41,145 nt of DNA from a virus (taxonomy: Duplodnaviria > Caudoviricetes): IMG/VR virus record IMGVR_UViG_3300010362_000896, positions 1-41,145 of that record, one strand, 5' to 3'. The first letter of the stretch is position 1; every line of letters begins with the position of its first letter. A program made the translations under genes and the position numbers. Shown piece after piece: positions 26,416 to 35,196 of the stretch. The notes below the pieces were generated by a model. The model was not told where the DNA came from. It saw nothing but the letters and a program-made list of their open reading frames with translations, and did no database searches.

Positions 26416-26763
26416 ATGGACAAGATCAAACTCAGCGAAGCCGAGCGGCAGGCTTTCAGCCGCAGCATGGTGCACCTCGGGCCATGCACGTGTCAGCCCA
26501 TCCCTGGCAGGTGGGCGGGCAACTGGTGCCCTGGCCACAAGTTCCTGTCCGAGCAGGACAGCCCGCACACCAATCGGATGCACAAGCTGTTGTGGATCCG
26601 CCGCACGCTCAACCACTGGCAGATGGGCGAGTGGACGGGCCGCTGCAAGGATTGCGGGGCCGAGAACGTGGCCATTGCCCACGGCTCCGAGGTGTGCGTC
26701 TCGTGCAGCATCCTGAAACGGGTTGCCGAGCACGGTACCGACCAGGGTGTGCTGCCCTGGTGA
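26416..26763 (+). CDS. Cys-rich hypothetical protein
   Basis: GAGGAGG RBS; CTC...CPGH and CKDC...CVSC. Confidence 0.7.
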   Translation: MDKIKLSEAERQAFSRSMVHLGPCTCQPIPGRWAGNWCPGHKFLSEQDSPHTNRMHKLLWIRRTLNHWQMGEWTGRCKDCGAENVAIAHGSEVCVSCSILKRVAEHGTDQGVLPW

Positions 26764-27644
26764 GCCCGTCCACATCACACCAGCGCTGCAAGGTGTGCCG
26801 CGTGGCCACCGTGCACCGCACCGCCAGGTTCGGCATGTGCCCCAAGCACGAGCACATGGAGAATCAGCGGCGCCGATTGGAGCGGCGCAAGACCAAGCTG
26901 CGTCGGGCCCAGCGTGTGGCCCAGTCGGTACCCATCGAGCAGGAGATCGCCGACCTCCTGCCCGAGCCTGCTCTTGAGGAGGAGCCAGTGCCCAAGATCA
27001 AGCGCACCCCACCCCATGTGCCTGCCCGGATCTCGGACGAGATCAAGGTAGAGATCGCCCACCACTACGCGGACAGCCGCATCCCGATCAAGTGGATCCA
27101 GCGGCAGTTCAGTGTCGGGGCCCCGACCATGTTCGCCATCGTCGATGAGCTTGGCGTGCCGCGCCGTGGTGCGGGCTCGGGCAGTGGCCGTGAGATGGGC
27201 GGCCAGTTCATGCCCGACCCATCGGGCCAGTACAAGTTCGCCTGGGTGCCGTCGGTCGAGCCCGCCGTGCCAGGTGCGCCCGTGGCCCTGCCGTCGGGCG
27301 ACGGGGTGATCGACGCCGAGGACGAGGCCAACAACAGGCTGGTCATGGACAGGATCCCTGAGCCTGCCAGGCATGCGCTGGAGCACATGATCACCGAGCC
27401 CGACCGCAGCCAGGTACCGCCCCGCCTGGCGCCGCGACCCGAGCCCGTGGCCCCGACACCAGCGGTCGAGCGGCGGGCCCAGAGCAAACCACCTGTGCCA
27501 GCGTGGCAGGAGCAGGAGCACTGGCTGATCACGGTCAAGGGTCTGATCTCGGTCAGTGCCACCAGCCTGGAAGATGCCATCGCCACGATCAAGCATGAGC
27601 ACCCCAACCTGATCATTACCAAGGTAGAGCTACAGGACAGCTAG
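26760..27644 (+). CDS. Putative DNA-binding regulator (Zn finger + HTH)
   Basis: GTGA overlap; CKVC...CPKH; HTH-like EIAHHYADSRIPIKWIQRQFSVGAPTMFAIVDELGVPRRG. Confidence 0.65.
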   Translation: MSPSTSHQRCKVCRVATVHRTARFGMCPKHEHMENQRRRLERRKTKLRRAQRVAQSVPIEQEIADLLPEPALEEEPVPKIKRTPPHVPARISDEIKVEIAHHYADSRIPIKWIQRQFSVGAPTMFAIVDELGVPRRGAGSGSGREMGGQFMPDPSGQYKFAWVPSVEPAVPGAPVALPSGDGVIDAEDEANNRLVMDRIPEPARHALEHMITEPDRSQVPPRLAPRPEPVAPTPAVERRAQSKPPVPAWQEQEHWLITVKGLISVSATSLEDAIATIKHEHPNLIITKVELQDS

Positions 27645-27646
27645 CT

Positions 27647-27699
27647 CCGGCTATAGCGGTGTGACAGGGGTTGACAACGGACGCAACACCTGTCACACT
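27647..27699 (+). promoter_or_regulatory. Upstream box + sigma70 promoter inside a 15-bp inverted repeat
   Basis: ccggctatagcgg (27647-27659); TTGACA (27671)-17 nt-CACACT. Confidence 0.7.
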
Positions 27700-27728
27700 T
27701 GGGGCGTCCTTGAGGAGGGACAGAGCAC

Positions 27729-28100
27729 ATGACCAACATCTATCGGTTGGCACTGCAGGTACAGGATGCAAGCAACATCCAGGGCGTGATCCGCTCCCTG
27801 CAGACAGAGATCTTGCCCGCTATTCGACTCGAAGCGGGCTACACCGAGCAGGGTACGTCGTACGTCGCCGAGCATCCAGCGGTGCTGTTGTTCCTGGATA
27901 AGCTGGTCAGCCTGACCCACGCCGGGTTCATCCACGACTTCGATCTCAAGATCAGCAACGCCTACACCGAATGTGCCGTCAAGGCCGAGCAGTACGAGCA
28001 GCGTCAGGCATGCATCGGCAAAGAGCGCGGCACCGTCATCTGCGTCGATAGCGAGGACGCCATTCGGGCCCGCATCGTGGCCAGGTCGGAGGGCAAGTAG
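27729..28100 (+). CDS. Hypothetical protein
   Basis: CTTGAGGAGGG box upstream of ATG. Confidence 0.75.
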   Translation: MTNIYRLALQVQDASNIQGVIRSLQTEILPAIRLEAGYTEQGTSYVAEHPAVLLFLDKLVSLTHAGFIHDFDLKISNAYTECAVKAEQYEQRQACIGKERGTVICVDSEDAIRARIVARSEGK

Positions 28101-28727
28101 ATGGGACTCAGCATGCAGATCGACTGGCACTGTGTATGCGGGGACGGTGAGGGATCTCACCGTTCCACCGCCGAGGGCGAGCAGTGCTGGGGCCACTGCC
28201 AGAAGACGGACCGAGACTGCGCCGGGTTGGGGTATCGGCCCATCGAGCACACCTGGCGACCCCCAGCGTTTGCCGCCATTCTGCAGACGGCCATCGACAG
28301 GCGCCAGCCCGAGCACTACACGTGCGACCTGAGCACCGACTACCAGGCGCTGAAGTTCTACCAGGGCAGGTTCATCTGGATCTGCAGGTCGATGGGTACC
28401 CACCTGTACCTGCTCGACTGGCAGATGAGCGACGAGGCCCGCGACTGGACCCGCGACTACACCGTCTCGGCGCTCAAGTACCACGCCAGGGAGGCGAGCG
28501 CCCAGCAGGCACAGGCGTACTACTGGGACGGCTCCACGCTCGTCGCCACGGACATGAGCACTGCGGTGCTGATCGCCGAGCAGTCGGGCCCGCCTGAGCC
28601 GCGCTGCCTGTGCGGTCATGTCGAGGAGCAGCACGAGGACGACGATGGCCCGTTCTGCATGGAGTGCGAGACGCTCTACGACGAGCATCGCCATCGGTTC
28701 CAGCCCGAGCTACAGGTACCAGCGTAA
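28101..28727 (+). CDS. Hypothetical protein with two Cys/His knuckles
   Basis: CVCG...H...C..C at the N-terminus and CLCGH...H...C..C at the C-terminus. Confidence 0.7.
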   Translation: MGLSMQIDWHCVCGDGEGSHRSTAEGEQCWGHCQKTDRDCAGLGYRPIEHTWRPPAFAAILQTAIDRRQPEHYTCDLSTDYQALKFYQGRFIWICRSMGTHLYLLDWQMSDEARDWTRDYTVSALKYHAREASAQQAQAYYWDGSTLVATDMSTAVLIAEQSGPPEPRCLCGHVEEQHEDDDGPFCMECETLYDEHRHRFQPELQVPA

Positions 28728-28733
28728 TCCGCC

Positions 28734-28762
28734 AGGGCGGGGGCTACGGCCTCCGCCCTTTT
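28734..28762 (+). terminator. Rho-independent terminator
   Basis: Stem agggcgggggc/gcctccgccct with TACG loop, followed by a short T-run. Confidence 0.7.
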
Positions 28763-28782
28763 CCGTGTCTTGAGGAGGGCAC

Positions 28783-29025
28783 ATGCTGCCGATCAAACCG
28801 ACCGTCTTTATCTTGCTGGTGACCCAGCACACGGCGGGCCAGGTGCAAGTGGCCGTCGGGCCCGTGTACTGGAATCGCATCGACGCGCATGCCGCCATGC
28901 GCCGCTTCCCGTACGACAGCCCCGACGTGCACGTCGAGGTTGCCGAGCGTGAGGTTCGGGGCCAGGTGCCGGTTATGGCGGCTGGGCTCCAGGAGAGGGG
29001 CAACTCGCCCGAGGTGGACCGGTAA
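28783..29025 (+). CDS. Hypothetical protein
   Basis: CTTGAGGAGGG box upstream. Confidence 0.65.
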   Translation: MLPIKPTVFILLVTQHTAGQVQVAVGPVYWNRIDAHAAMRRFPYDSPDVHVEVAEREVRGQVPVMAAGLQERGNSPEVDR

Positions 29026-29240
29026 TGCGCCGGGTTATGATGGGCTGTGACGGGGCCCTGCGGGAGCATCTCGGGACCGAGCTACGCGAGTACACGATGC
29101 CTGGTGGACACCTCGTCCTGCTCTGCCAACTGTGCTTCGTGTACGAGACGACGGCGTACGACAGGACTCGCCTGGACTGGCACAAGGCTGTCGTTGCTAG
29201 GCCGGATTGGCTCAAGCCCAGTCGACAAATCGAGGGTTGA
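29025..29240 (+). CDS. Hypothetical protein
   Basis: TAATG coupling; LLCQLCF motif. Confidence 0.55.
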   Translation: MRRVMMGCDGALREHLGTELREYTMPGGHLVLLCQLCFVYETTAYDRTRLDWHKAVVARPDWLKPSRQIEG

Positions 29241-29267
29241 CATCGTCGGACAATTGTGCAACGATGT
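29237..29267 (+). promoter_or_regulatory. Sigma70 promoter overlaid by a 28-bp imperfect palindrome
   Basis: TTGACA-17 nt-(TGC)AACGAT; acatcgt-cgg-acaattgt-gca-acgatgt. Confidence 0.65.
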
Positions 29268-29310
29268 TGGGGTCGCAGGACGGCGACAAATACACTTGAG
29301 GAGGGCAGAG

Positions 29311-30363
29311 ATGCCAGCGGATATCTTCTCGAACAAGTTCTACGGTGCCCGTGGCCTGGCGGCCTGGCACAACATGGGCTTTGTGGACAACCTGGAGCAC
29401 ACGGCGGCCGAGGCGTTCAGCCTGGTCGGCGAGTACACGGTGCACAAGCTGCAGCTTCAGACCATCGTCACCAAGCAGAATGGTGAGCACATCGAGGTGC
29501 CTGCCTTCGGGCTGATTCGGGGCCCCGTCCCCGAGGATCCCCAGGAGGCGTACTTCGGCACCGTGTCGGGTGACTATCGCCTGGTCACCCCCCAGGAGTT
29601 CGTGGCGTTGTGTGACGAGCGGGTCCGCCGCCCCGTCGAGACGCTGCTCGCGCTGAAGGACGGCAAGCAGTTCGTGGCCACCTTCAAGCTCCCCGCCTTC
29701 AACGTCAGGGGCGACGAGATCGACAACTTCCTGATGGCCTGGAGCATGATGGACGGTTCCACCGCGTCCGGGGCTAACACCAGCAGCGTCAGGACGGTCT
29801 GCAGCAACACCTTCGCCGCTGCGCTGGCCGCGTCGACCCAGCAGGCCAGGTTCGTCCATGACGCCTGGATCATGCAGCGCATGGGCCGCTGGCTGGAGGA
29901 TGTGGTCGAGCGGGCCGAGGCCAAGCTGCCCGAGCTTCAGGAGGCGTACGACGTCATGGCGGGTTACGCCCTGACCAGGGCCCGCCCCGAGGCGCCGCGC
30001 GAGATCAAGTACGTGCTCCAGCAGACCTACCCGCAACTGCCCGAGTACGTCGAAGACCCCGTGCTGACCATCGAGGCCAACGCCGAGCGGGCCAAGCGGC
30101 GTGAGAGCGAGCGGCGCATCACCGACGAGCGGCGGGTCCAGGCGTTCGAGTTGTTCCGTGGGGCGGGCACGGGTATGAAGAACCGCGCCACCTGGGGCAC
30201 GGCGTGGGGCCTGTACCAGGCGGTGGTCGAGCTTGAGGACTGGAAGGGCGGATCCAAGGGCTCGGGGCTGGCCCACTCGGTCCTGTTCGGCGAGCGCGCC
30301 GACACCAAGGGCCGCGCCTTTACCGCCACCATGGCCGTCGTGCAGGGCAAAGCGGAGATCTAG
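29311..30363 (+). CDS. DUF932 family protein
   Basis: AWH.MG, FGTVSGDY, SMMDGS, RTVCSNT, WGTAWGLYQAVVE motifs. The true start follows the CTTGAGGAGGG box. Confidence 0.8.
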   Translation: MPADIFSNKFYGARGLAAWHNMGFVDNLEHTAAEAFSLVGEYTVHKLQLQTIVTKQNGEHIEVPAFGLIRGPVPEDPQEAYFGTVSGDYRLVTPQEFVALCDERVRRPVETLLALKDGKQFVATFKLPAFNVRGDEIDNFLMAWSMMDGSTASGANTSSVRTVCSNTFAAALAASTQQARFVHDAWIMQRMGRWLEDVVERAEAKLPELQEAYDVMAGYALTRARPEAPREIKYVLQQTYPQLPEYVEDPVLTIEANAERAKRRESERRITDERRVQAFELFRGAGTGMKNRATWGTAWGLYQAVVELEDWKGGSKGSGLAHSVLFGERADTKGRAFTATMAVVQGKAEI

Positions 30364-30552
30364 ATGCCCTGGTGGGTCTGGGCCCTGGCCGCCTGGCTGG
30401 GGCTCTGCACCCTGTTCACCTGGGCCCTGGCCCGCTGGTTCAAGTGGCTGCGTGATGATGAGCAGGCAATTGGGGACTCCGAGTCCCCGAGGGAGGGTTC
30501 GGTAGACGGGATCCGTGCAAGCAACGCCAAGCACGGGCGCCGTCGGCTATGA
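30364..30552 (+). CDS. Small membrane protein
   Basis: Trp-rich N-terminal TM helix directly after the DUF932 stop. Confidence 0.55.
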   Translation: MPWWVWALAAWLGLCTLFTWALARWFKWLRDDEQAIGDSESPREGSVDGIRASNAKHGRRRL

Positions 30553-30628
30553 CGAGCACAATTCGTGTGGGTCGGGGCTGCCCGTATCTCAGCCCCACGA
30601 GTACTACCTGCCTTGAGGAGGGCAAGCA

Positions 30629-30925
30629 ATGCACGAGTACGCTGACATTCTGGCTGCGGTGCCCTGGCACTGCACCAAGCACGAGACGGGCGAGACCTGG
30701 CACAAGGGCCAGTACTGGGTCTATGGCCACAGCGACGGCGGCCACACCTACAGCTACGATGCGTTCAGCGACGGCGACCACGTCGAGATCGCCGAGGATG
30801 AACTGCCCGACCCGGATGAGGAGATCAAGGCGTGGGCCGAGTACCGCGTCTGGGCGACCGAGCACGAGCAGGATCCGCTCGACGAGTTCATCGGCGCCAA
30901 GCCGTGGGAGCGGGCCGGTGAGTAA
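30629..30925 (+). CDS. Acidic hypothetical protein
   Basis: CTTGAGGAGGG box upstream. Confidence 0.7.
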   Translation: MHEYADILAAVPWHCTKHETGETWHKGQYWVYGHSDGGHTYSYDAFSDGDHVEIAEDELPDPDEEIKAWAEYRVWATEHEQDPLDEFIGAKPWERAGE

Positions 30926-31106
30926 GACCGAGGTGATCCTGTCGTGGTCGGATCCCCAGGCGCTGTACCTGGGCAGCCACGGCGAGACGCGCGAGATGCT
31001 CAGTTGCAGCGAGCTTTGGGATCTGATCACGCGGGGCCGCCGGGACACCGACGGCAGCGTGGTGACCAGCCTGGTCATCTGGACACAGGTGGCCGAGCAT
31101 GCTTAG
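30918..31106 (+). CDS. Hypothetical protein
   Basis: GGGAG RBS, GTG start overlapping the upstream stop. Confidence 0.5.
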   Translation: MSKTEVILSWSDPQALYLGSHGETREMLSCSELWDLITRGRRDTDGSVVTSLVIWTQVAEHA

Positions 31107-31263
31107 CCTGAAGTTCTGGGCGGCCCACGTGCTGGGCCGTCCGCTCTTCTGGCTGTGGGGCAATCTGGTGGGCGGGGTCATGACGACCCTGCTCTTTTTT
31201 GTGGTCATCGGCATGGCCGCCGTGGTCATCCAGCTTCTACGCTGGCTTGGAGCTTACATATGA
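31099..31263 (+). CDS. Small membrane protein (54 aa)
   Basis: MLSLKFWAAHVLGRPLFWLWGNLVGGVMTTLLFFVVIGMAAVVIQLLRWLGAYI; overlaps neighbours. Confidence 0.55.
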   Translation: MLSLKFWAAHVLGRPLFWLWGNLVGGVMTTLLFFVVIGMAAVVIQLLRWLGAYI

Positions 31264-31568
31264 GTCACATCCCCGGTATCCCACACGCGGTGGCACTGCG
31301 GGCCGAGATCAAGGCCCTGCAGCAGACCATCCAGGGCTACATCCAGGCGGGCAACTACCGCCGCGCGGCCAATGCGGCGCTCGAACTGGGCACCGTGCTG
31401 GAGAAGCTGGCCAACCTGGAGATGCCCAACGACCGGGTACGCAGCAAGCGCTACGACCCGCCACCCCCTGTGCGACCATACCGCAGCCATCGGGCCCAGG
31501 CGGTCGAGCAGCAGCCGCGCTACGAGTACACCCAGGTCGAGCCGCCCGCCCTACCGGAGGGCGAATGA
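31260..31568 (+). CDS. Hypothetical protein
   Basis: GGAG RBS, ATGA overlap. Confidence 0.6.
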   Translation: MSHIPGIPHAVALRAEIKALQQTIQGYIQAGNYRRAANAALELGTVLEKLANLEMPNDRVRSKRYDPPPPVRPYRSHRAQAVEQQPRYEYTQVEPPALPEGE

Positions 31569-31966
31569 GGTTCTGGCTGCTCGTCCTGCTGGCTGTCGTG
31601 GCCTGGCTGCTGCTCAGCAGGCTCGACGTCAGGGCCCAGGAGTCGGACGAGGACTGGCAGCCGCGCCGCGAGTACGTGCGGCTGACCTTCTACACCCTCC
31701 GGGGCACCATGGCCAGCGGGCAGTACACCCGGTTGGGTGCCGCCGCCTGTTCGTATGGCTTCCCGATGGGCAGCGTGCTCATGCTGCCCGACGGCTGGGA
31801 GGTGACGTGCCTGGATCGGGGCCTGCTCGGGCGGGGCACGGGCTGGGTCGACGTCTGGGCCCCGAGCCTGGCGTGGGGCAGGCAGTACGTCACGGGCGAC
31901 TACGGCGACTACGCCTGGGTGAGCGTGCTGCGCTGGGGCTGGGGGTCTAGCTTTATCCGGCTATAG
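31565..31966 (+). CDS. Secreted 3D-domain/DPBB protein (lytic transglycosylase-like)
   Basis: Signal peptide; LTFY...TMASG...AAC...PMGS...CLDRG...VDVW pattern. Confidence 0.75.
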   Translation: MRFWLLVLLAVVAWLLLSRLDVRAQESDEDWQPRREYVRLTFYTLRGTMASGQYTRLGAAACSYGFPMGSVLMLPDGWEVTCLDRGLLGRGTGWVDVWAPSLAWGRQYVTGDYGDYAWVSVLRWGWGSSFIRL

Positions 31967-32009
31967 CGGCAAATTGGTGTTTGACACGAGACACCAGTTG
32001 TGGCACCAT
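31957..32009 (+). promoter_or_regulatory. Upstream box + sigma70 promoter
   Basis: ccggctatagcgg (31957-31969); TTGACA (31981)-17 nt-(TGG)CACCAT. Confidence 0.7.
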
Positions 32010-32103
32010 GGTTGTGGCGGCGGAACATGTGACGAGGGACGGACGATACCCCTCTGATCGACCCCGCCGCAGCCAATTCAATTGCCTTGAGGAGGGCACA
32101 GAC

Positions 32104-32958
32104 ATGAGCTATTTCGGTTTGGTCGACATCGGCTTGAACGTCGACACCTCGGGTCTGGAGCAGACCCTTGATGAACTGAAAGCGGCAGTCAGCGAGAGCG
32201 CCATCAGCGAGATGGTGCGCAACGCTCTGGAGGATCAGGGCGACGGCGACTACGTCGTCAACGAGGACTTCAACAAGCTCAGCGAGCGGGTCACTGAACT
32301 GGATAGCAGCGTATCCACGCGGCTGGTTGCGCTGGAGGCGGGCCAGGATATTGACGAGATGGTCGAGGGCGCCATCAGGGACGCCGGCTTCCCGACCGAG
32401 GACAGGGTCCAGGAGATGCTGGCCGAGAAGGTCGAGCAGTACGTCGACGACCACGTTGATGAGACGGTCAACGAGCGCATCGAGGGCTACCTGTCGGTCA
32501 ACAACTACCCCGACGAGAGCCGCGTCGAGGAGATGATCGGCGAGGCGGATCTGTCCGACGTGGTCAGCAACGAACTGGACAATGTGCTTGAGCAGCGCAT
32601 CGACGACGACCTGAACCAGCGGGATCTGGTCACCGAGGACACGGTCGACGAGAAGATCCAGGAGGCGCTGAGCGACTACACCACGGCGAGCGACGTCCGG
32701 GACATCATCAGTGAGGAGGCCGAGACGGTCGACGAGGATGCCCTGGAGAATCGCATCTGGGAGCGCATCACCTCGACGGACAACGACGAGTGGCGCAAGC
32801 TGGACCAGCGGGTGTCGACCATGGCCCAGACCCAGGACCAGCGCATCGCTGCGCTGGAGGCCAAGCTCGATGCGCTCAGCGCCGAGGCGACCGAGGCCAT
32901 GACGCTCATGGACCTGCTGCGCCACGCGTACCGCATCATCACGGGGGGTCGGGCGTAA
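32104..32958 (+). CDS. Highly acidic helical repeat protein
   Basis: CTTGAGGAGGG box; very D/E-rich; repeats FPTEDRVQEML, YPDESRVEEMI, LVTEDTVDEKI, YTTASDVRDII. Confidence 0.8.
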   Translation: MSYFGLVDIGLNVDTSGLEQTLDELKAAVSESAISEMVRNALEDQGDGDYVVNEDFNKLSERVTELDSSVSTRLVALEAGQDIDEMVEGAIRDAGFPTEDRVQEMLAEKVEQYVDDHVDETVNERIEGYLSVNNYPDESRVEEMIGEADLSDVVSNELDNVLEQRIDDDLNQRDLVTEDTVDEKIQEALSDYTTASDVRDIISEEAETVDEDALENRIWERITSTDNDEWRKLDQRVSTMAQTQDQRIAALEAKLDALSAEATEAMTLMDLLRHAYRIITGGRA

Positions 32959-33257
32959 TGCCCGCCCCCTTCCCCGACGCCTTCTCGCTGGTCGGGATGG
33001 CCATCGAGAAGATCGGCGAGCACGACATCCGCTACAACTGCGACACCCTGGAGATGGCCGAGGCGCTGCGCTACTTGCTCCAGGCGCGCGAGCTACTGCG
33101 GGTCAATCCGCACCCCGACTGGCAGGCGTGCGACATCGACGAGTGCACCATCTGTGCGGTGCGTGACTGCCCGTACGACGAGCCGCTGCACTATCACCAC
33201 GATGGCTGCCCGTCGTGCGACACCGTCGGGGAGGGCTTCCATGTCGATGTCCCGTAA
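32958..33257 (+). CDS. Cys/His-rich hypothetical protein
   Basis: TAATG coupling; CTICAVRDCPYDEPLHYHHDGCPSC. Confidence 0.7.
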   Translation: MPAPFPDAFSLVGMAIEKIGEHDIRYNCDTLEMAEALRYLLQARELLRVNPHPDWQACDIDECTICAVRDCPYDEPLHYHHDGCPSCDTVGEGFHVDVP

Positions 33258-33423
33258 GGACTACGAGGCTCTGGCCGCCGCGCTTGCGTCGGTCAGGCCG
33301 TCCCCCGCGCAGCATGCGCAGATGCTGCGCTGGCAACTGGCCCGCAACGCCATTGCGAAGGTGCTGCAGGACGACAATCCCAGCTTTGAACCGTGGCGGT
33401 TCGACAAGGCGTGTGCGAAATGA
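33247..33423 (+). CDS. Conserved small phage protein (MSRKDY...DNP.F...RF..AC family)
   Basis: Recognisable widespread phage early-gene motif; GGAGGG RBS. Confidence 0.7.
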   Translation: MSRKDYEALAAALASVRPSPAQHAQMLRWQLARNAIAKVLQDDNPSFEPWRFDKACAK

Positions 33424-34931
33424 GCGAGCACGTCGTCAAGCTGTACGGCCCGCCGGGTACGGGCAAGACCACCCGCCTGACCGCACAGGCGCTACGGGTC
33501 GTGAACGAATACGGCCCTGATCGACTGTGCGCCATCACCTTCACTCGGACCGCAGCAGACGAGTTGAAGGAACGCATCGCCACGGCGCGGGGGCTCAAGC
33601 CCCCCGCCGACGGCTGGGCGAGGCGCAAGTTCTTCAACAACATCCTGCCGTGGGTCGGCACGATCCACAGTCTGGCCCTGAAGATGACCGGCGGCAAGGT
33701 CATGGACTCGGACGATCTCAAGGCGTTCGTGCTCTCGCTTGGCGGTACCCCCACGCGGCATGACATGGACGAACTGGAAGGCTACACGTGGGCCGAGCCT
33801 GGCCGAGATGAGGTCGAGGCCGCGCTCGCCGTGCACTCCGCTGCCAGGCACCGCATGATCCCCATCGAGCAGGCGTACCTGGTCGTGCCGTGGGATCCGC
33901 GCGGGCCCGTCGTCTCGGTCGAGCGGTGCGAGCACATCGCTCAGGCGTATACGGACTTCAAGGTCCAGATCGGGCGGATCGACTTCGAGGACATGCTCGA
34001 AGCGGGCCTGTTCGAGACGCCCCCGGTGGACGTCGTGCTGGCCGACGAGGTCCAGGACAACAGCCCGCTGCTGTGGCGGGCGGTAGACGCCTGGTCGGTT
34101 GGAAGGTTGACGGCCCTCGCAGGAGACCCGTACCAGGCCATCTACCTGTTCAGCGGCGCGGCACCGGAGCTATTCATCAACCACCCTGGTGTACTGCGCC
34201 CACTCGGGGACAGCCGACGCCTCACGGCGCACGCCGCTGAACGGGCACAGTCTATCCTGTACAGCGCGGGCTACAGGGACGAGGAGTGGCTGGGCACCTG
34301 GACGGGCACGGGCTCGGGCGAAGTGACCGACGGCACCGAGTTCTGGCTGGCGCGCACGGCGCGTCTGCTGCGGCCCGTCTACGAACAGCTTGAAGAGGCG
34401 GGCGTCCCGTACGGCAACGTCAGGGGCGGCGGGCCGCTGGAGCGCAAGGCGGCGCACGCCTTTCGGGCCCTGGTCCAGCTACGTCAGCGCGGGGCCATCT
34501 CGGCGCTGGCCATGGCGGGGCTGATCGACCAGTTGAGTGGGCTGCCGCGCGGGCTCAAGGCCGAGTCGGCTCGGCTGGCCAGGCAGGCCCCGGAGCACAT
34601 GGTCGAGGCGCACATCCTGGGCCGAGACCTGAGGGCCGAAGCCCTCGGTCTACCGCACGGCGAGTACTACGAACGCGTGCTGGCTCAGCACGGCCTCCAG
34701 GCGTTCGTGCAGCCGCCACTGGTACGGGTAGGCACGATCCATGCCGCCAAGGGCAGGGAGGCCGACACCGTCCATCTGGTCGATAGCTGGGGCACGCTGC
34801 CCTACCGCAACCTGCTCACCCCCGAGGGGGCCAGGGCCGAGGCATGCGTGGCCTACGTCGGGACGACCAGGCACCGGCGCCTGTTGGAGTTCGTGCCTGG
34901 CCAGGAGGGAACACCGTACCCTGGCTTCTGA
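33420..34931 (+). CDS. UvrD/Rep-like superfamily 1 helicase
   Basis: GPPGTGKT, ITFT, DEVQD, GDPYQAIY, TIHAAKGRE, YVGTTR motifs. Confidence 0.92.
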   Translation: MSEHVVKLYGPPGTGKTTRLTAQALRVVNEYGPDRLCAITFTRTAADELKERIATARGLKPPADGWARRKFFNNILPWVGTIHSLALKMTGGKVMDSDDLKAFVLSLGGTPTRHDMDELEGYTWAEPGRDEVEAALAVHSAARHRMIPIEQAYLVVPWDPRGPVVSVERCEHIAQAYTDFKVQIGRIDFEDMLEAGLFETPPVDVVLADEVQDNSPLLWRAVDAWSVGRLTALAGDPYQAIYLFSGAAPELFINHPGVLRPLGDSRRLTAHAAERAQSILYSAGYRDEEWLGTWTGTGSGEVTDGTEFWLARTARLLRPVYEQLEEAGVPYGNVRGGGPLERKAAHAFRALVQLRQRGAISALAMAGLIDQLSGLPRGLKAESARLARQAPEHMVEAHILGRDLRAEALGLPHGEYYERVLAQHGLQAFVQPPLVRVGTIHAAKGREADTVHLVDSWGTLPYRNLLTPEGARAEACVAYVGTTRHRRLLEFVPGQEGTPYPGF

Positions 34932-35176
34932 TGACTGAGATAGCCCAGACGCTACCCGCGCCGATGGCCGCGCCCGTTCCGTACCTGACGCTGCATCCGC
35001 GCGAGCCCAACTACGAGATTGCCAGGCTGGCCACGGCGCACGTCGGCGGCTGGGGTACCTACTACCGCAATCCCGGTGAGCCGATCAGGACGTTCGTGGT
35101 CACCATCTGGGGCCAGATGTTCGATGCCGCCGAGACGCTCGCCGAGATCGACGCGGCGATGGGCTTCGTTGGCTGA
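34931..35176 (+). CDS. Hypothetical protein
   Basis: TGATG coupling to the helicase. Confidence 0.55.
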   Translation: MTEIAQTLPAPMAAPVPYLTLHPREPNYEIARLATAHVGGWGTYYRNPGEPIRTFVVTIWGQMFDAAETLAEIDAAMGFVG

Positions 35177-35196
35177 GGGAGAGGGGTAACTCGCCC

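Noticed and set aside
26358-29310. Extended ORF-track starts (26358, 29047; likewise 31981 and 37526)
   Set aside because: The extensions run through promoters or other genes; the true starts follow clear RBS boxes or overlaps.
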